A DNA stretch of 36,876 bases from a virus (Duplodnaviria > Caudoviricetes): positions 1-36,876 of the IMG/VR virus record IMGVR_UViG_3300010214_000050; one strand, given 5' to 3'. Below, one piece after another: positions 23,980-33,391 of the stretch. A program made the translations under genes and the position numbers. The notes beneath the pieces are model-generated. The model saw only the letters and a list, made by a program, of their open reading frames with translations. It made no database searches and had not been told where the DNA came from. Each line of letters starts with the position of its first letter. Positions within the stretch are counted from its first letter, which is position 1.

Positions 23980-24434
23980 TGCAAACGACCTGGAATTTTC
24001 TTGAGGCCCAGACCGGGATCGTCGACCGCATCAAGGCGGCGACGCAGCCGTCAGACGGCAGCGGCTGGGCCCGCCTGGTGGGCACCCGCAAGGAGCTGTC
24101 AGCCGTGGCCGAGGAAATGCAGGTCACGCCCGCTGTCTATGTCGTCTACGACGGCTTTGCCGTCCTGGCTGGCTCGGACGAGTACTCGCTGCAACTGAGC
24201 CATCGCTGGCTGGTCGTCCTGGCCATCGGCAATGCAGCCAGCCAGCGCGAGGCCGCCGCCCTTGACCAGGAAGCAGGCCCACACCTGGGCGAACTCATAA
24301 AGGCCTTGCATGGCTACAAGCCGCCCCAATGCAACAGCCCGTTGGTGATGTCCACACCGCCGAGGCCTTTCTACAGCCCCGCCAAGTTTGCCTATTACCC
24401 GCTGCTGTTCACCGTCAGCAGCGTCCATTGCTAG
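23979..24434 (+). CDS. Tail terminator (Mu gp37-like)
   Basis: TPAVYVVYDG, RWLVVL, ALHGYKP, FAYYPLLF; lies between gp36 and the tube gene. Confidence 0.8.
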   Translation: MQTTWNFLEAQTGIVDRIKAATQPSDGSGWARLVGTRKELSAVAEEMQVTPAVYVVYDGFAVLAGSDEYSLQLSHRWLVVLAIGNAASQREAAALDQEAGPHLGELIKALHGYKPPQCNSPLVMSTPPRPFYSPAKFAYYPLLFTVSSVHC

Positions 24435-24451
24435 TTTTTTAGGAGAGAAAA

Positions 24452-25255
24452 ATGGCTGAACGCAAATTCTGCTGCTTCAAGGGCCGGGGTGAAATCAGCC
24501 TGGTCGATTACCTGGCCCGCCTGGCGCGCACTGCAGGCTTCATTCCTGTGGGCAATGCGCCCAGTTTTGTGCTCAACGCGACCGAGACCACGGAAAACGT
24601 CAAGGACTTCACCACGCCTGGCGGTGGTACTGCTTGCGCATTCCGTGAAATCGACGCCGTCAACGTCTCCCTGCAGCTGCGCTGCCACTCGCCGCGCAAC
24701 TGGTCTATCGCAACAGGCGGTAGCGGTGAAGGCGCCGAGGTGGCAACTGCTGCCGTGGCCAGCGAGGAGCATGTGCTGTGGCCTGGCACGGTGGAGCCGC
24801 TCGACCACCTGGCAGACGATACCGTGGCCATTGTGGTCAAGAGCATCGATGGTCAAACTACTTATGACGTCGGGACGGACTACGAGGTCACGCCGGCAGG
24901 CTCTATCAAGCTGGTCGAAGGCACTACCATCCCCGCGCCAACAGTGACGCAGGGCAAGGGCCAGCCCAACATCACGGTCAGCTACACGCGACGCGAGCAG
25001 CGCTTGATCCAGCTGTACTCGCAGCCTCCAAAGCCTGTGGCACTGCACTTCGACGGCTACAACGTGGCCGAAAGCCCGGTCCAGCCCATCCACTTCGACC
25101 TCTTCAAGGTCGTATTTGGTCCGGCAGCATCCGTGAACATCATCAGCGACAACCTGGCCCAACTCGAACTGACCGGTACTGTCGAGCGTGATTCCTCGCG
25201 CCCGCTGGGCACCCTGGCCAACCCCTTCAGCCAGTACGGCACGCTGAAGATCTGA
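24452..25255 (+). CDS. Major tail tube protein
   Basis: FKGRGEISL...PVGNAPSF N-terminus, Ig-like insertion (YDVGTDYEV), C-terminal LELTGTVERD; follows the terminator. Confidence 0.82.
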   Translation: MAERKFCCFKGRGEISLVDYLARLARTAGFIPVGNAPSFVLNATETTENVKDFTTPGGGTACAFREIDAVNVSLQLRCHSPRNWSIATGGSGEGAEVATAAVASEEHVLWPGTVEPLDHLADDTVAIVVKSIDGQTTYDVGTDYEVTPAGSIKLVEGTTIPAPTVTQGKGQPNITVSYTRREQRLIQLYSQPPKPVALHFDGYNVAESPVQPIHFDLFKVVFGPAASVNIISDNLAQLELTGTVERDSSRPLGTLANPFSQYGTLKI

Positions 25256-25267
25256 CAGGCGGGCGCG

Positions 25268-26041
25268 ATGTATCTGGGTCAGTACGAGCAGGAGCACAAC
25301 CCACATTACCTGGGCCGAGGCATGTTGTATGCCGGCCCGGCCATGCGGGACTGGGCCACGGGCATGCCCCCAGGCCGGCGCCTGGGCAATGCCTCCGGCC
25401 TGATCGTGACTCCCGACGTGCGCCGGCTACGCACAAGCCCCTGGGATAGCCGCAGCAATGCCGTGCTCGATGGCGTCGCAGTGTCTGTCCAGCTCTATGG
25501 CCATGGTGCGGCCAACCTGGCCATGGCCCTCAATGCGCAGCGCGTAGCTACGGCCAGCGCTCCAATCACCACGACGGTCGCTGTCTCTGGCCTACAGCTC
25601 CCTGCAGGCTCCATGCTGTGGACACCCCATCAAGTAGACCGTAGTCAGGCCGTCTTAGCCGTGCCGTCCTGGTCGGCATGGACCGAGGGTGTGCAGTGGC
25701 GTCGTGCCGACTGGGGAATCGAGCTGCTGCAAGGACTGGCGGCGCCGCAAGGTGCAACGGTGCGCATCACTAGCACAGCCGAGAACAGCGCTGAGCAGCT
25801 CGACGCCGCCTCAGGCGGCGATATCGAAATCGGCCTGGCATACGCCGGCATCAACCTTGCCGACGGCAAGCCCGTTCGGATGCAGTGCTACCGCTGCCGT
25901 CCTCTGCTCGATGGCGGCCTGAGTCTGCTTGAGCAATCGGCCAGCAGCATACGGCTGACTCTGCAGTTGAGGCCAGTGGCAAGAACCGAAGGCCCCGCAG
26001 CTTGGTTTGACCTGGCGCGTGCGGCTCACATAACAACTTGA
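25268..26041 (+). CDS. Second, diverged tail-tube-like protein
   Basis: YLGRGMLY...RLGNASGL, VSVQLYGHGAANLAMAL and YAGINLADGKPVRMQCYR parallel the upstream tube protein. Confidence 0.7.
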   Translation: MYLGQYEQEHNPHYLGRGMLYAGPAMRDWATGMPPGRRLGNASGLIVTPDVRRLRTSPWDSRSNAVLDGVAVSVQLYGHGAANLAMALNAQRVATASAPITTTVAVSGLQLPAGSMLWTPHQVDRSQAVLAVPSWSAWTEGVQWRRADWGIELLQGLAAPQGATVRITSTAENSAEQLDAASGGDIEIGLAYAGINLADGKPVRMQCYRCRPLLDGGLSLLEQSASSIRLTLQLRPVARTEGPAAWFDLARAAHITT

Positions 26042-26055
26042 GAAGAGAAATCTGC

Positions 26056-28641
26056 ATGTCCAAGACACAGCTGGCGCGTGGGATATGGGCGGGCTTTGCA
26101 GCTACCGAAGATCCGTTTTCCGTCCCGAATGGTATGGAGGCCAATCTGCGTTTGATTGACGACCATATTGCGTTCTATACCTTGGCCGCTCCAGTTTCGC
26201 CTGAGAGCGTGCTGCCGACCGATGCACGACCAGGTGCAGGTCAGATCTTCAGCGACGGCAGCTATGCTGTCCTGAATGCGAGCGCTTGGGAAAAATACCC
26301 TGCGCGTATGGCTTTGCAAGCTATCGAGCTCAGCACCAATACTCGCTACATCAATGTGGGAAGTGCCTGGCAGGTTGTTGCTGATAAGACTGAGAAGGCC
26401 TATCTGACTCTCGCAGCCCTCCAGGCTGATACCACTCGGCCAGCCGGATCCACTGGGCTTGTGACCAACGATCCCAATGACTCGACTGCAAATCCGATCA
26501 ATGGGACCTATGTCTGGAATGGATCTACTTGGACTCGTGCTGCTCTGCAGACTATTGACCAGGTCAAGTTCAATCCAGTGAAAAAGGCTGCAGACCGGGT
26601 TGGTTTTGTTGTTGTAGGTTCTTTGACAAAGAATGAGGCTGGAGGCTCTTCTTCGCGAGTCATCAGCGGTCCTGAGATTCTGATCACTGGGGGTACTGCA
26701 TTTGCATCCACCCGACGTTTAGCGCCTTTTGTGGACCTTGTTGTTCCTTCGGGCGAAGCAGCTTATGTAGATCTCGACGGACCGCTGAACGGTTCCGGGC
26801 AACTGAGCATCGCAGTGACCAGCGGCGGCTTCACTGTTGGCATGTCCTCCGGCACCTTTGTGACCGACCGCCGTGTATACCTGTTCATCAATGGTACCGG
26901 GCAGCGCTATGGCGGGGCTCTAAGCGCGCAGACCGTGATTCCAGAGGACTATCTCGCAGGAGGTCTTAAGAATCGCAGCCTACGCCCAGCATGGACTGTG
27001 ATTGGCAGAGTGCAGGCGCTGCGATTTGACGGGACTGTTGCACGGGTAGTAACCCAACAGCTGCGGGTGGCGCTCGGCGCTGGTCGAGGCCAATACACCA
27101 TCAACGCTATCACTGCAGATGTTCCCGCCGGTCAGGCTCTGTATGTGGATCTGGATGGACCGAGGGACGGCAATGACAGATTGACCGCCCAGGTAACCGA
27201 TGTCGGCTATGTATCAGGCGGCAATACTGGTATCCCCAGCGGCATTGGCTTCACCGATGATCGACGCATCTATTTGTTGATCAATGACGGGGGCGTCGCG
27301 CTGGGCGGTGAGCTGCCGCACATTGCTAAATCGACAGAGCATCTTGTTGCTCCGACCTGGATGCAGTCCGGATCTGGGGGTGCAACATTCGATCCAGCGA
27401 CACGTACTCTTTCATGGCCGGCGCTGTATCTGCCCGTTGGAAATAACGGCCGCGTCATGCTGGCGGCAGGCAGTCACACCATTGCGTCGGGGGTGACATT
27501 CGGGGTTGTCTATTTGGACCTGGCCGATGCTAGTACGGCAGCTGGAGTGACGACACCCGCCACAGCAGTGAAATCGGGGAATTACTTCGACGCCGGCGGC
27601 CGTGCGGTAGGTGGTCCGGCAGCAGTGCCAATGCTTGTATTCCAAGGCACATCAAACTGGCGAGCTGCGCCTGGGTTTGTTCCTGTTTCGGATGCAGGTA
27701 GCTCAGGAGTCGTTGCGCTGGCCTCCGACGATATTGTTATCAAGGTCGAGACGGGCAAGATTACTCTCTTTATCAAGGGGTCGAAGGGGCGTTATTTGGA
27801 GCAGGTAATCCTGCATGCGGTACGCCCGTTTGACCCAACTGGCGCAGACCTTGCCGGGAATCAAGACGTCTGGCGGCTGTCCGAACTCTATGAGGCTCAA
27901 CTCACGGACTTGCCCTCCCTGACATTCACCAGAACTCGGTCTGGAGCCGCGATCTTGACTGGCGGTGAGATTGAATGTGCCATTTTGGAAGATGGCGCAG
28001 GCGACTACATCGGGGGATGGCATGGCGATGAGCTGCTCTCAAGCGTTACCTTCCTTGCGGACGGCGTGGAGTTATCTCCTAGCACTCTGGGCACCCGCAT
28101 TGCTAAGCAGTTCGCAGTGATGCAGACGTCCACGCTCTATCGGTGGAACACGCAAACGCCGATCGCAACCCGAAACAAGCGCATTGATATTCGATGGAAT
28201 GACGGAATGCAGGTCCGTCTGTCTCAGCATTTCAAATGGTCCATGGCGCTGGCGATCAAGGCTGCGATGCTGACGATGTTGCCTATCGCCCGACGCGTTG
28301 GTGGTTCGCCAACCGGGGCTCGGATCACTGACACAGCCGTGCGAGCGCCTGGCTGGGCCAAGGAGGATGTATCCGAATCGGGATTCGCAGAGCAAGTCTC
28401 TGCACGCAGTTTGCCTAGGGCATCTATTTGGTCAGCTGAGTCAGGCATCAGCGCCGAAGTCGAAATCGTTAAAAAAGTCGACCTAGTTACGAACTATCAG
28501 TTCTATATCTCAAACTCGACCTATTACAACAAGCTCTATTACTCATTCGCTGGAATGTTAAGTACGCCGCTCAATCACATGACTGCTGTAAATGAAGAAT
28601 GGGATATGGAATCTGTGATCAAACTGACGAGCAATATATGA
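26056..28641 (+). CDS. Large fibre/spike-like putative receptor-binding protein
   Basis: About 860 aa, beta-rich; DUF2793-like N-terminus, NGTYVWNGSTWT motif, internal repeats; lower GC than neighbours by eye. Confidence 0.75.
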   Translation: MSKTQLARGIWAGFAATEDPFSVPNGMEANLRLIDDHIAFYTLAAPVSPESVLPTDARPGAGQIFSDGSYAVLNASAWEKYPARMALQAIELSTNTRYINVGSAWQVVADKTEKAYLTLAALQADTTRPAGSTGLVTNDPNDSTANPINGTYVWNGSTWTRAALQTIDQVKFNPVKKAADRVGFVVVGSLTKNEAGGSSSRVISGPEILITGGTAFASTRRLAPFVDLVVPSGEAAYVDLDGPLNGSGQLSIAVTSGGFTVGMSSGTFVTDRRVYLFINGTGQRYGGALSAQTVIPEDYLAGGLKNRSLRPAWTVIGRVQALRFDGTVARVVTQQLRVALGAGRGQYTINAITADVPAGQALYVDLDGPRDGNDRLTAQVTDVGYVSGGNTGIPSGIGFTDDRRIYLLINDGGVALGGELPHIAKSTEHLVAPTWMQSGSGGATFDPATRTLSWPALYLPVGNNGRVMLAAGSHTIASGVTFGVVYLDLADASTAAGVTTPATAVKSGNYFDAGGRAVGGPAAVPMLVFQGTSNWRAAPGFVPVSDAGSSGVVALASDDIVIKVETGKITLFIKGSKGRYLEQVILHAVRPFDPTGADLAGNQDVWRLSELYEAQLTDLPSLTFTRTRSGAAILTGGEIECAILEDGAGDYIGGWHGDELLSSVTFLADGVELSPSTLGTRIAKQFAVMQTSTLYRWNTQTPIATRNKRIDIRWNDGMQVRLSQHFKWSMALAIKAAMLTMLPIARRVGGSPTGARITDTAVRAPGWAKEDVSESGFAEQVSARSLPRASIWSAESGISAEVEIVKKVDLVTNYQFYISNSTYYNKLYYSFAGMLSTPLNHMTAVNEEWDMESVIKLTSNI

Positions 28642-29099
28642 GCAAGCTATTTCACAACCCGGCCACAATAGGCATCGCTGGCCACGATTTCCAGGTCAGC
28701 CAGGTTCCTTTCGAGGTCTTCAGCGAGGCATTCGAGTTCGGGGACTGGTTGATCGGCATGCAGGGCGGAAAGTTCGACATGGCCAGCCTCAAGGCGCTTC
28801 ATGGTGATTCGACCTTACGCCTAGCTCTGGAGAAGCTGCTGGCCGCCTGCCTGGCGCCTGTCCAGGATGGCCAGGCCAAGCCCATGTCGGTGGCCGATGT
28901 GCGTGCGATGCCTATAGCCATGGTGCTCGAAGCCGTCTATGTGGTGCTGGAGGAAAACCTTAGTTTTTTTACCCAGCGCCTGCAGGCGATCAAGGTGATC
29001 CAGGCGAAACTGATGTCGATTGGTTCTCCGTTGCTCAGCAGCTCATCGCCGCAGGCCACGACCGACAGCAGCTTCGGCGCTACAGCATCGACGAGCTGA
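28638..29099 (+). CDS. Tail assembly chaperone (gpG analogue)
   Basis: Upstream of the tape measure gene; EENLSFF motif containing the slippery heptamer TTTTTTT at 28964-28970. Confidence 0.8.
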   Translation: MSKLFHNPATIGIAGHDFQVSQVPFEVFSEAFEFGDWLIGMQGGKFDMASLKALHGDSTLRLALEKLLAACLAPVQDGQAKPMSVADVRAMPIAMVLEAVYVVLEENLSFFTQRLQAIKVIQAKLMSIGSPLLSSSSPQATTDSSFGATASTS

Positions 29100-29194
29100 A
29101 AGGCTATCTGCAGGCCATCGGCGACCAGGCCGAACGTCATGCACAACACCAGGCGGCCCACACGGCCGTCGCACTCGCAGGGGGCTCAATCTGA
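28964..29194 (+). CDS. -1 frameshift extension of the chaperone (gpGT analogue)
   Basis: The -1 frame is open from the T7 run to TGA 29192-29194: ...DWFSVAQQLIAAGHDRQQLRRYSIDELKGYLQAI... Confidence 0.75.
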   Translation, partial: FFYPAPAGDQGDPGETDVDWFSVAQQLIAAGHDRQQLRRYSIDELKGYLQAIGDQAERHAQHQAAHTAVALAGGSI

Positions 29195-29205
29195 GCCCCT
29201 TTTCT
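29181..29205 (+). terminator. Intrinsic terminator
   Basis: GGGGCTCA-ATC-TGAGCCCC followed by TTTTCT, just before late promoter 3. Confidence 0.75.
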
Positions 29206-29216
29206 CATGGGCAAAC

Positions 29217-29269
29217 TCTAAAGCGTTTTACTTATTGCTGATGGCCGTGGCGGGAGACCATGCGGTCCA
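29217..29269 (+). promoter_or_regulatory. Late promoter 3 (tape measure / tail tip operon)
   Basis: TCTAAAGCGTTTTACT (29217-29232), 23 nt, GACCAT (29256-29261), 7 nt, ATG 29269. Confidence 0.78.
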
Positions 29270-32200
29270 TGGCAAACAACCTCGAAATCGGACTGCGGGT
29301 CCAGGCCGCACTGGACGAAGCGCGCAAAGAAGTCCGCGCGTTCACTGCCGAAGTCCAAGAGCTGGGCGCAGCCGGCAAAAAAGCTTCGTCAGAAATGTCG
29401 ACCGTGCCGGCGCCTGCGTCTGGCTCGGCTCCGTCTGCTCCCAGCTCCGACCAGGCCGCGACAGCCAGGCAGGCGGTCACCGCCACTCAAGAGCAAGCCA
29501 CAGCCACGGCCGCGCTGTCAGCAGCCCAGAAGGAACAGGCCGAAGCCTCTGACCGTGCAACCAAGTCTGAGCAGGAGCTGACCAAGCAGCGGGAATCCCA
29601 GGGGCAGCAAAGCAGGAAGAACGAGGAGCAGCAACAGCGCCAGGCGAAAGGCTCCGACGAAGCCGCCAAGGCAACCGACCGTGAAAAGCTGGCCGTTGAC
29701 CGCCTGATTGCCAGCCTGGACCCCGCCGCCACTGAGGCCTTCCGCCTAGCGCAAGCTCAGAACGAACTGAATACGGCCCTGGCCCGTGGTCTCATCACCC
29801 AAGACCAGCACACGCGCCTCATGGGCCTGGCGCAGCAGCGATTTGCCGGCCTTGGCGTATCTGCTGGGCAAACAGCAGCTGCCATGCGCATGTTGCCCGC
29901 CCAGATCACTGACATCACCACCAGCATCGCCAGCGGCATGCCCATCTGGCTTGTGGCCATTCAACAGGGCGGCCAGATTAAAGACTCTTTTGGAGGCGTC
30001 GGGCCCGCTTTCAACGCCATCACCTCTGCAATCACCCCAGCGAGGGCTGCCGTCGGTGGCCTGGCGCTGGGTGTGGGCGCTTTGGCTCTGCTGTTCCTGG
30101 AAGCCGAGAAAAAGGCCTATGCCTTTAATGTGGCTGTGCAGACCACCGGCAATGCAGCCGGCGCGACGCAGGGGCGCATTGAAGCCCTGGCCGAGGCAGC
30201 CAACAAAGTCAGTGGCATTAGCAAGAGCGCGGCCGAGTCCGCGGCCGTGGCCATGGTGCAGTCCGGCCGCCTTGGCATCGACGTCATCGGCAACCTGACC
30301 AAGGTCATCAACGGTTATGCGGCCGCCACCGGCCAGTCGACCGATGCGGCGGCCAGCTCCCTGGCAAAACTGTTTGCAGAGCCTGCCAAGGCGGCAAAGC
30401 AGTTGGATGATCAGTTCAATTTCCTCTCGGCAACACAGCGCCGGCACATTGCCGACCTGGTCGAGCAAGGCCGGGTTGAGGAAGCCCAGCTCGAACTGAG
30501 TCGGCAGGCCGCTGACCACTTCGGTCGCGTGGTACCAGAAAACCTCGGCGTGCTGATGCGGTCCTTGAATACAGCGGCAGAGGTCGCCCGCAGATTCTGG
30601 GATGCAATTCTCAATATCGACAAGAAGCAGACCCTTCAGGACCAGATCAACGATCAGGAGAAGCTTGTCACGCAGATGGCAGCCGATCTGACCCGGCGCG
30701 GCACCAATCTGGCAGGTAATCAGCAGATGCCTCAACGCCTGATTGATGAGACGGCAAAGCTGAGCCTGCTCTACAAAGATCGAGATGCCGAGGAGAAGAA
30801 GGCAGACGATGAAGCTGCAGCAAATCGCAAAGACCGCCGTAAAAAGTCCGTCCAGGAGGAATATGCGGCGGCCATGAAGGCCACTGAAACCGAAGAAAAG
30901 CGCCTGGCCGAGAACAAGAAGAAATGGCAAGGATGGCGCGATGCTGGTGATATCACTCAGGCCGAGCTGGACGAGCTGGTCAAGCAGGCCGACGAGAAAG
31001 CCAAGAAAAATCCGCGCACTCCCAAGGGCAACACCCCAGAGCAAGAGGCCATCCAGCAGATCCGCTCGAATTTGCGCGCTCTGCAAGCGTCAATCAAGAG
31101 CAGTGACGCCTTTCTGGTAAACCAGCTGGAAGAAGGCCGCGTCAGCATTGATGAGGCCTATAAGAAGCGCCTGGCTGGCATCAATCAGGATATCGACGCT
31201 CAGCGCGAGGCGTTGGAGCGGGAGCTGGATGCCAAGGGTACGACCAGGACCCGAGCGGTCGAGCTGCGCGCCTCGCTCAAGGTGCTGGACCAGTCTAAGG
31301 AAGACGCGACGCGTGAGCTGGGCAAATGGCGGCGAGCTGAAGAGCTGAAGCTGGCCAACATCGTCGTGCGCCTGCGCGTGGATACGGCCGCACTGACAGG
31401 CCAGTTTGACAGGGAAGCCATTCGCAAGCAGCTGGAGCTGCAGTATGCGGAGGACTTGCGCGCCGCTGGACGCCAAGAAGACCCTGCAAAGGCAGAGAAG
31501 TCCCGTCAACAGATCCAGCTTCTGATCGATGCGGGAGCAGCCCAAGCCGAGTTCAACAACAAGCTGGCCGAGGCGCAGCGCCTTCAGAGCCAGCTCGGTG
31601 TCATCGAGCAGGCCGTGCAGACGCAGGCCACGCAGGGAACGATCAGCCAGATAGAGGCCGAGGCACGCATCAGACAGGCCCGCGCGGCCCAGGTGCCGGT
31701 GCTGCAATCCATCGTCCAGGAGTTGGAGCGGGTTCGCAATAGCCTGCCACTTGAAGCACAGGTCGCCATCGACAACATGAGCACCAGCATCGGTCAGCTC
31801 AAGAATGAGGTGGCAAGTGCCACGCCTGTGATCGTCAACCTCGGCACACGCTTGCGCAACACCGTCATCGATGGCGTGGCAGATGCGGCAGGCCAGGCTG
31901 TGACGAACTTCAAGAGTCTCAGCGAGGTCGCCAGTGCGACCCTGCGCCAGATTGCCGGTGACATCCTGCGCAGCGACATCAAGCGGTTGTTGACCAACCT
32001 GTTTACGCCTGAAGTGAGTGGCGGCGGTACTGTCATCGGCGGTATTTTTGGGAGCATCGGCAAGGTTTTCGGGTTCGCCGAGGGCGGATCTCCCTCGACG
32101 GGCGGGGGCCGCATCGTGGGCCCAGGCACTGGCACCAGCGACAGCATTGCCGCTCTGGTCGACGGTACACGCCCCATTGCCGTGAGCAATAACGAGTTCA

Positions 32201-32544
32201 TCCAGCCAGAAAGAGCCGTCAACCACTATGGGCTGCCGTTCATGGAAGCAGTGCGCACCCTGCGCTTGCCAAAGCCTCGCTTCGCCTTGGGCGGCCTGGC
32301 ATCAGCCAGCCAGCGCGTGAGCTTTGCCACGGGCGGCTCTGTGTCGTCCGCCGGTGGCGCCTTGCCTGGCCAGAATCAGCCGGTGGAGGTCCGCTTCAAC
32401 AACCAGGGCACTCCCAAACAGCAGGTCGGCCAGCCGATAACCAAACAGGAATTGGGCCGCCTGGTCGTCGAAATCATGATCGCAGATGCAAGCAATGGCG
32501 GGAAAGCCTCTAGCGCAATCAACGCGGCAGGGAGGCGCAACTGA
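29269..32544 (+). CDS. Tape measure protein (lambda-type)
   Basis: About 1090 aa, Ala/Gln-rich helical; GQTAAAMRMLPAQITDITTSIASG...IQQGGQIKDSFGG; C-terminal GPGTGTSDSI. Confidence 0.95.
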   Translation: MANNLEIGLRVQAALDEARKEVRAFTAEVQELGAAGKKASSEMSTVPAPASGSAPSAPSSDQAATARQAVTATQEQATATAALSAAQKEQAEASDRATKSEQELTKQRESQGQQSRKNEEQQQRQAKGSDEAAKATDREKLAVDRLIASLDPAATEAFRLAQAQNELNTALARGLITQDQHTRLMGLAQQRFAGLGVSAGQTAAAMRMLPAQITDITTSIASGMPIWLVAIQQGGQIKDSFGGVGPAFNAITSAITPARAAVGGLALGVGALALLFLEAEKKAYAFNVAVQTTGNAAGATQGRIEALAEAANKVSGISKSAAESAAVAMVQSGRLGIDVIGNLTKVINGYAAATGQSTDAAASSLAKLFAEPAKAAKQLDDQFNFLSATQRRHIADLVEQGRVEEAQLELSRQAADHFGRVVPENLGVLMRSLNTAAEVARRFWDAILNIDKKQTLQDQINDQEKLVTQMAADLTRRGTNLAGNQQMPQRLIDETAKLSLLYKDRDAEEKKADDEAAANRKDRRKKSVQEEYAAAMKATETEEKRLAENKKKWQGWRDAGDITQAELDELVKQADEKAKKNPRTPKGNTPEQEAIQQIRSNLRALQASIKSSDAFLVNQLEEGRVSIDEAYKKRLAGINQDIDAQREALERELDAKGTTRTRAVELRASLKVLDQSKEDATRELGKWRRAEELKLANIVVRLRVDTAALTGQFDREAIRKQLELQYAEDLRAAGRQEDPAKAEKSRQQIQLLIDAGAAQAEFNNKLAEAQRLQSQLGVIEQAVQTQATQGTISQIEAEARIRQARAAQVPVLQSIVQELERVRNSLPLEAQVAIDNMSTSIGQLKNEVASATPVIVNLGTRLRNTVIDGVADAAGQAVTNFKSLSEVASATLRQIAGDILRSDIKRLLTNLFTPEVSGGGTVIGGIFGSIGKVFGFAEGGSPSTGGGRIVGPGTGTSDSIAALVDGTRPIAVSNNEFIQPERAVNHYGLPFMEAVRTLRLPKPRFALGGLASASQRVSFATGGSVSSAGGALPGQNQPVEVRFNNQGTPKQQVGQPITKQELGRLVVEIMIADASNGGKASSAINAAGRRN

Positions 32545-32918
32545 TGGCATACACCCGCTTCCCCGATTACGCCCAGCTCGTCTTCGAGACGGATTACACC
32601 CTGCGCCCCGTGGGTGGTGTAGAGCGCACAGAGATGGAGGACGGCTTTATCGAGCAGGCTCCTGTGCAGTCTCTGGCCCGCTATGAGCTGCCGCTGACCT
32701 ACCGCCTGGACAGCCTGGCGCGCAAGCAGCAGTTCGAGATCTGGCGCAAGACCGACCTGGCCCTGGGCGCCCGATTCTTCGCCTGGCCAGATGTCGAAGA
32801 TCCCAGCGGCGCCACGTTGCGCCGGGCCCGGATCGTGGGTGGCTCGGTTGATTACAAGGCTATCACCGACCGCCTGGATGAGTTCATGGTCTCTTTCACC
32901 CTGGAGTACTGGGCATGA
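32544..32918 (+). CDS. Distal tail protein (lambda gpM-like)
   Basis: VERTEMEDG, GARFFAWPD, RARIVGG; directly after the tape measure gene. Confidence 0.8.
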   Translation: MAYTRFPDYAQLVFETDYTLRPVGGVERTEMEDGFIEQAPVQSLARYELPLTYRLDSLARKQQFEIWRKTDLALGARFFAWPDVEDPSGATLRRARIVGGSVDYKAITDRLDEFMVSFTLEYWA

Positions 32919-33391
32919 GCACGCGCAAGTCTTCCCGATATCGCCGCGCCGCCCAGCAACTGGCCCCGGCCGAGCGCCCCCTGGTACTGCTGGAGCTGGC
33001 CCATGCGCTGCTGCCTGAGCCCATGCGATTCGTCAATGACAACCAGGACGTGGTCTCTCGCACTCATCTATACGTGGCCACGACTTTCGAGTTCACCTGG
33101 CCAGACGATCAGGAGGGCCGCACGCCGGCAGCGGCACTGAGCATCGGCAACGTGTCTGGCGGTGTGGGCGTCTTCTTCGAGCGCACCCACGGTGGCCGTG
33201 GTGCCGTCATCACGGCTCTGCAGATCATGCGTAGCGCCCCCGATTTCATCGAAGACGAGCTGACGCTAGACCTACGAAACGTCGAAGTCACCACCAAGGC
33301 CGTGACCGGACAGCTCGGCTATGACGACATCCTCAACAAAGCGGCCGTGGCGTATACCTACCGGCCGGAAACCGCTCCGGGGCTTTTCTGA
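32915..33391 (+). CDS. DUF1833 family tail tip protein
   Basis: LLELAH...PMRFVNDNQD, FEFTWPDD, LSIGNV, YRPETAPGLF. Confidence 0.85.
   Translation: MSTRKSSRYRRAAQQLAPAERPLVLLELAHALLPEPMRFVNDNQDVVSRTHLYVATTFEFTWPDDQEGRTPAAALSIGNVSGGVGVFFERTHGGRGAVITALQIMRSAPDFIEDELTLDLRNVEVTTKAVTGQLGYDDILNKAAVAYTYRPETAPGLF

Noticed and set aside
29746-32226. 446-aa and 378-aa minus-strand ORFs
   Set aside because: Antisense shadows of the tape measure gene.
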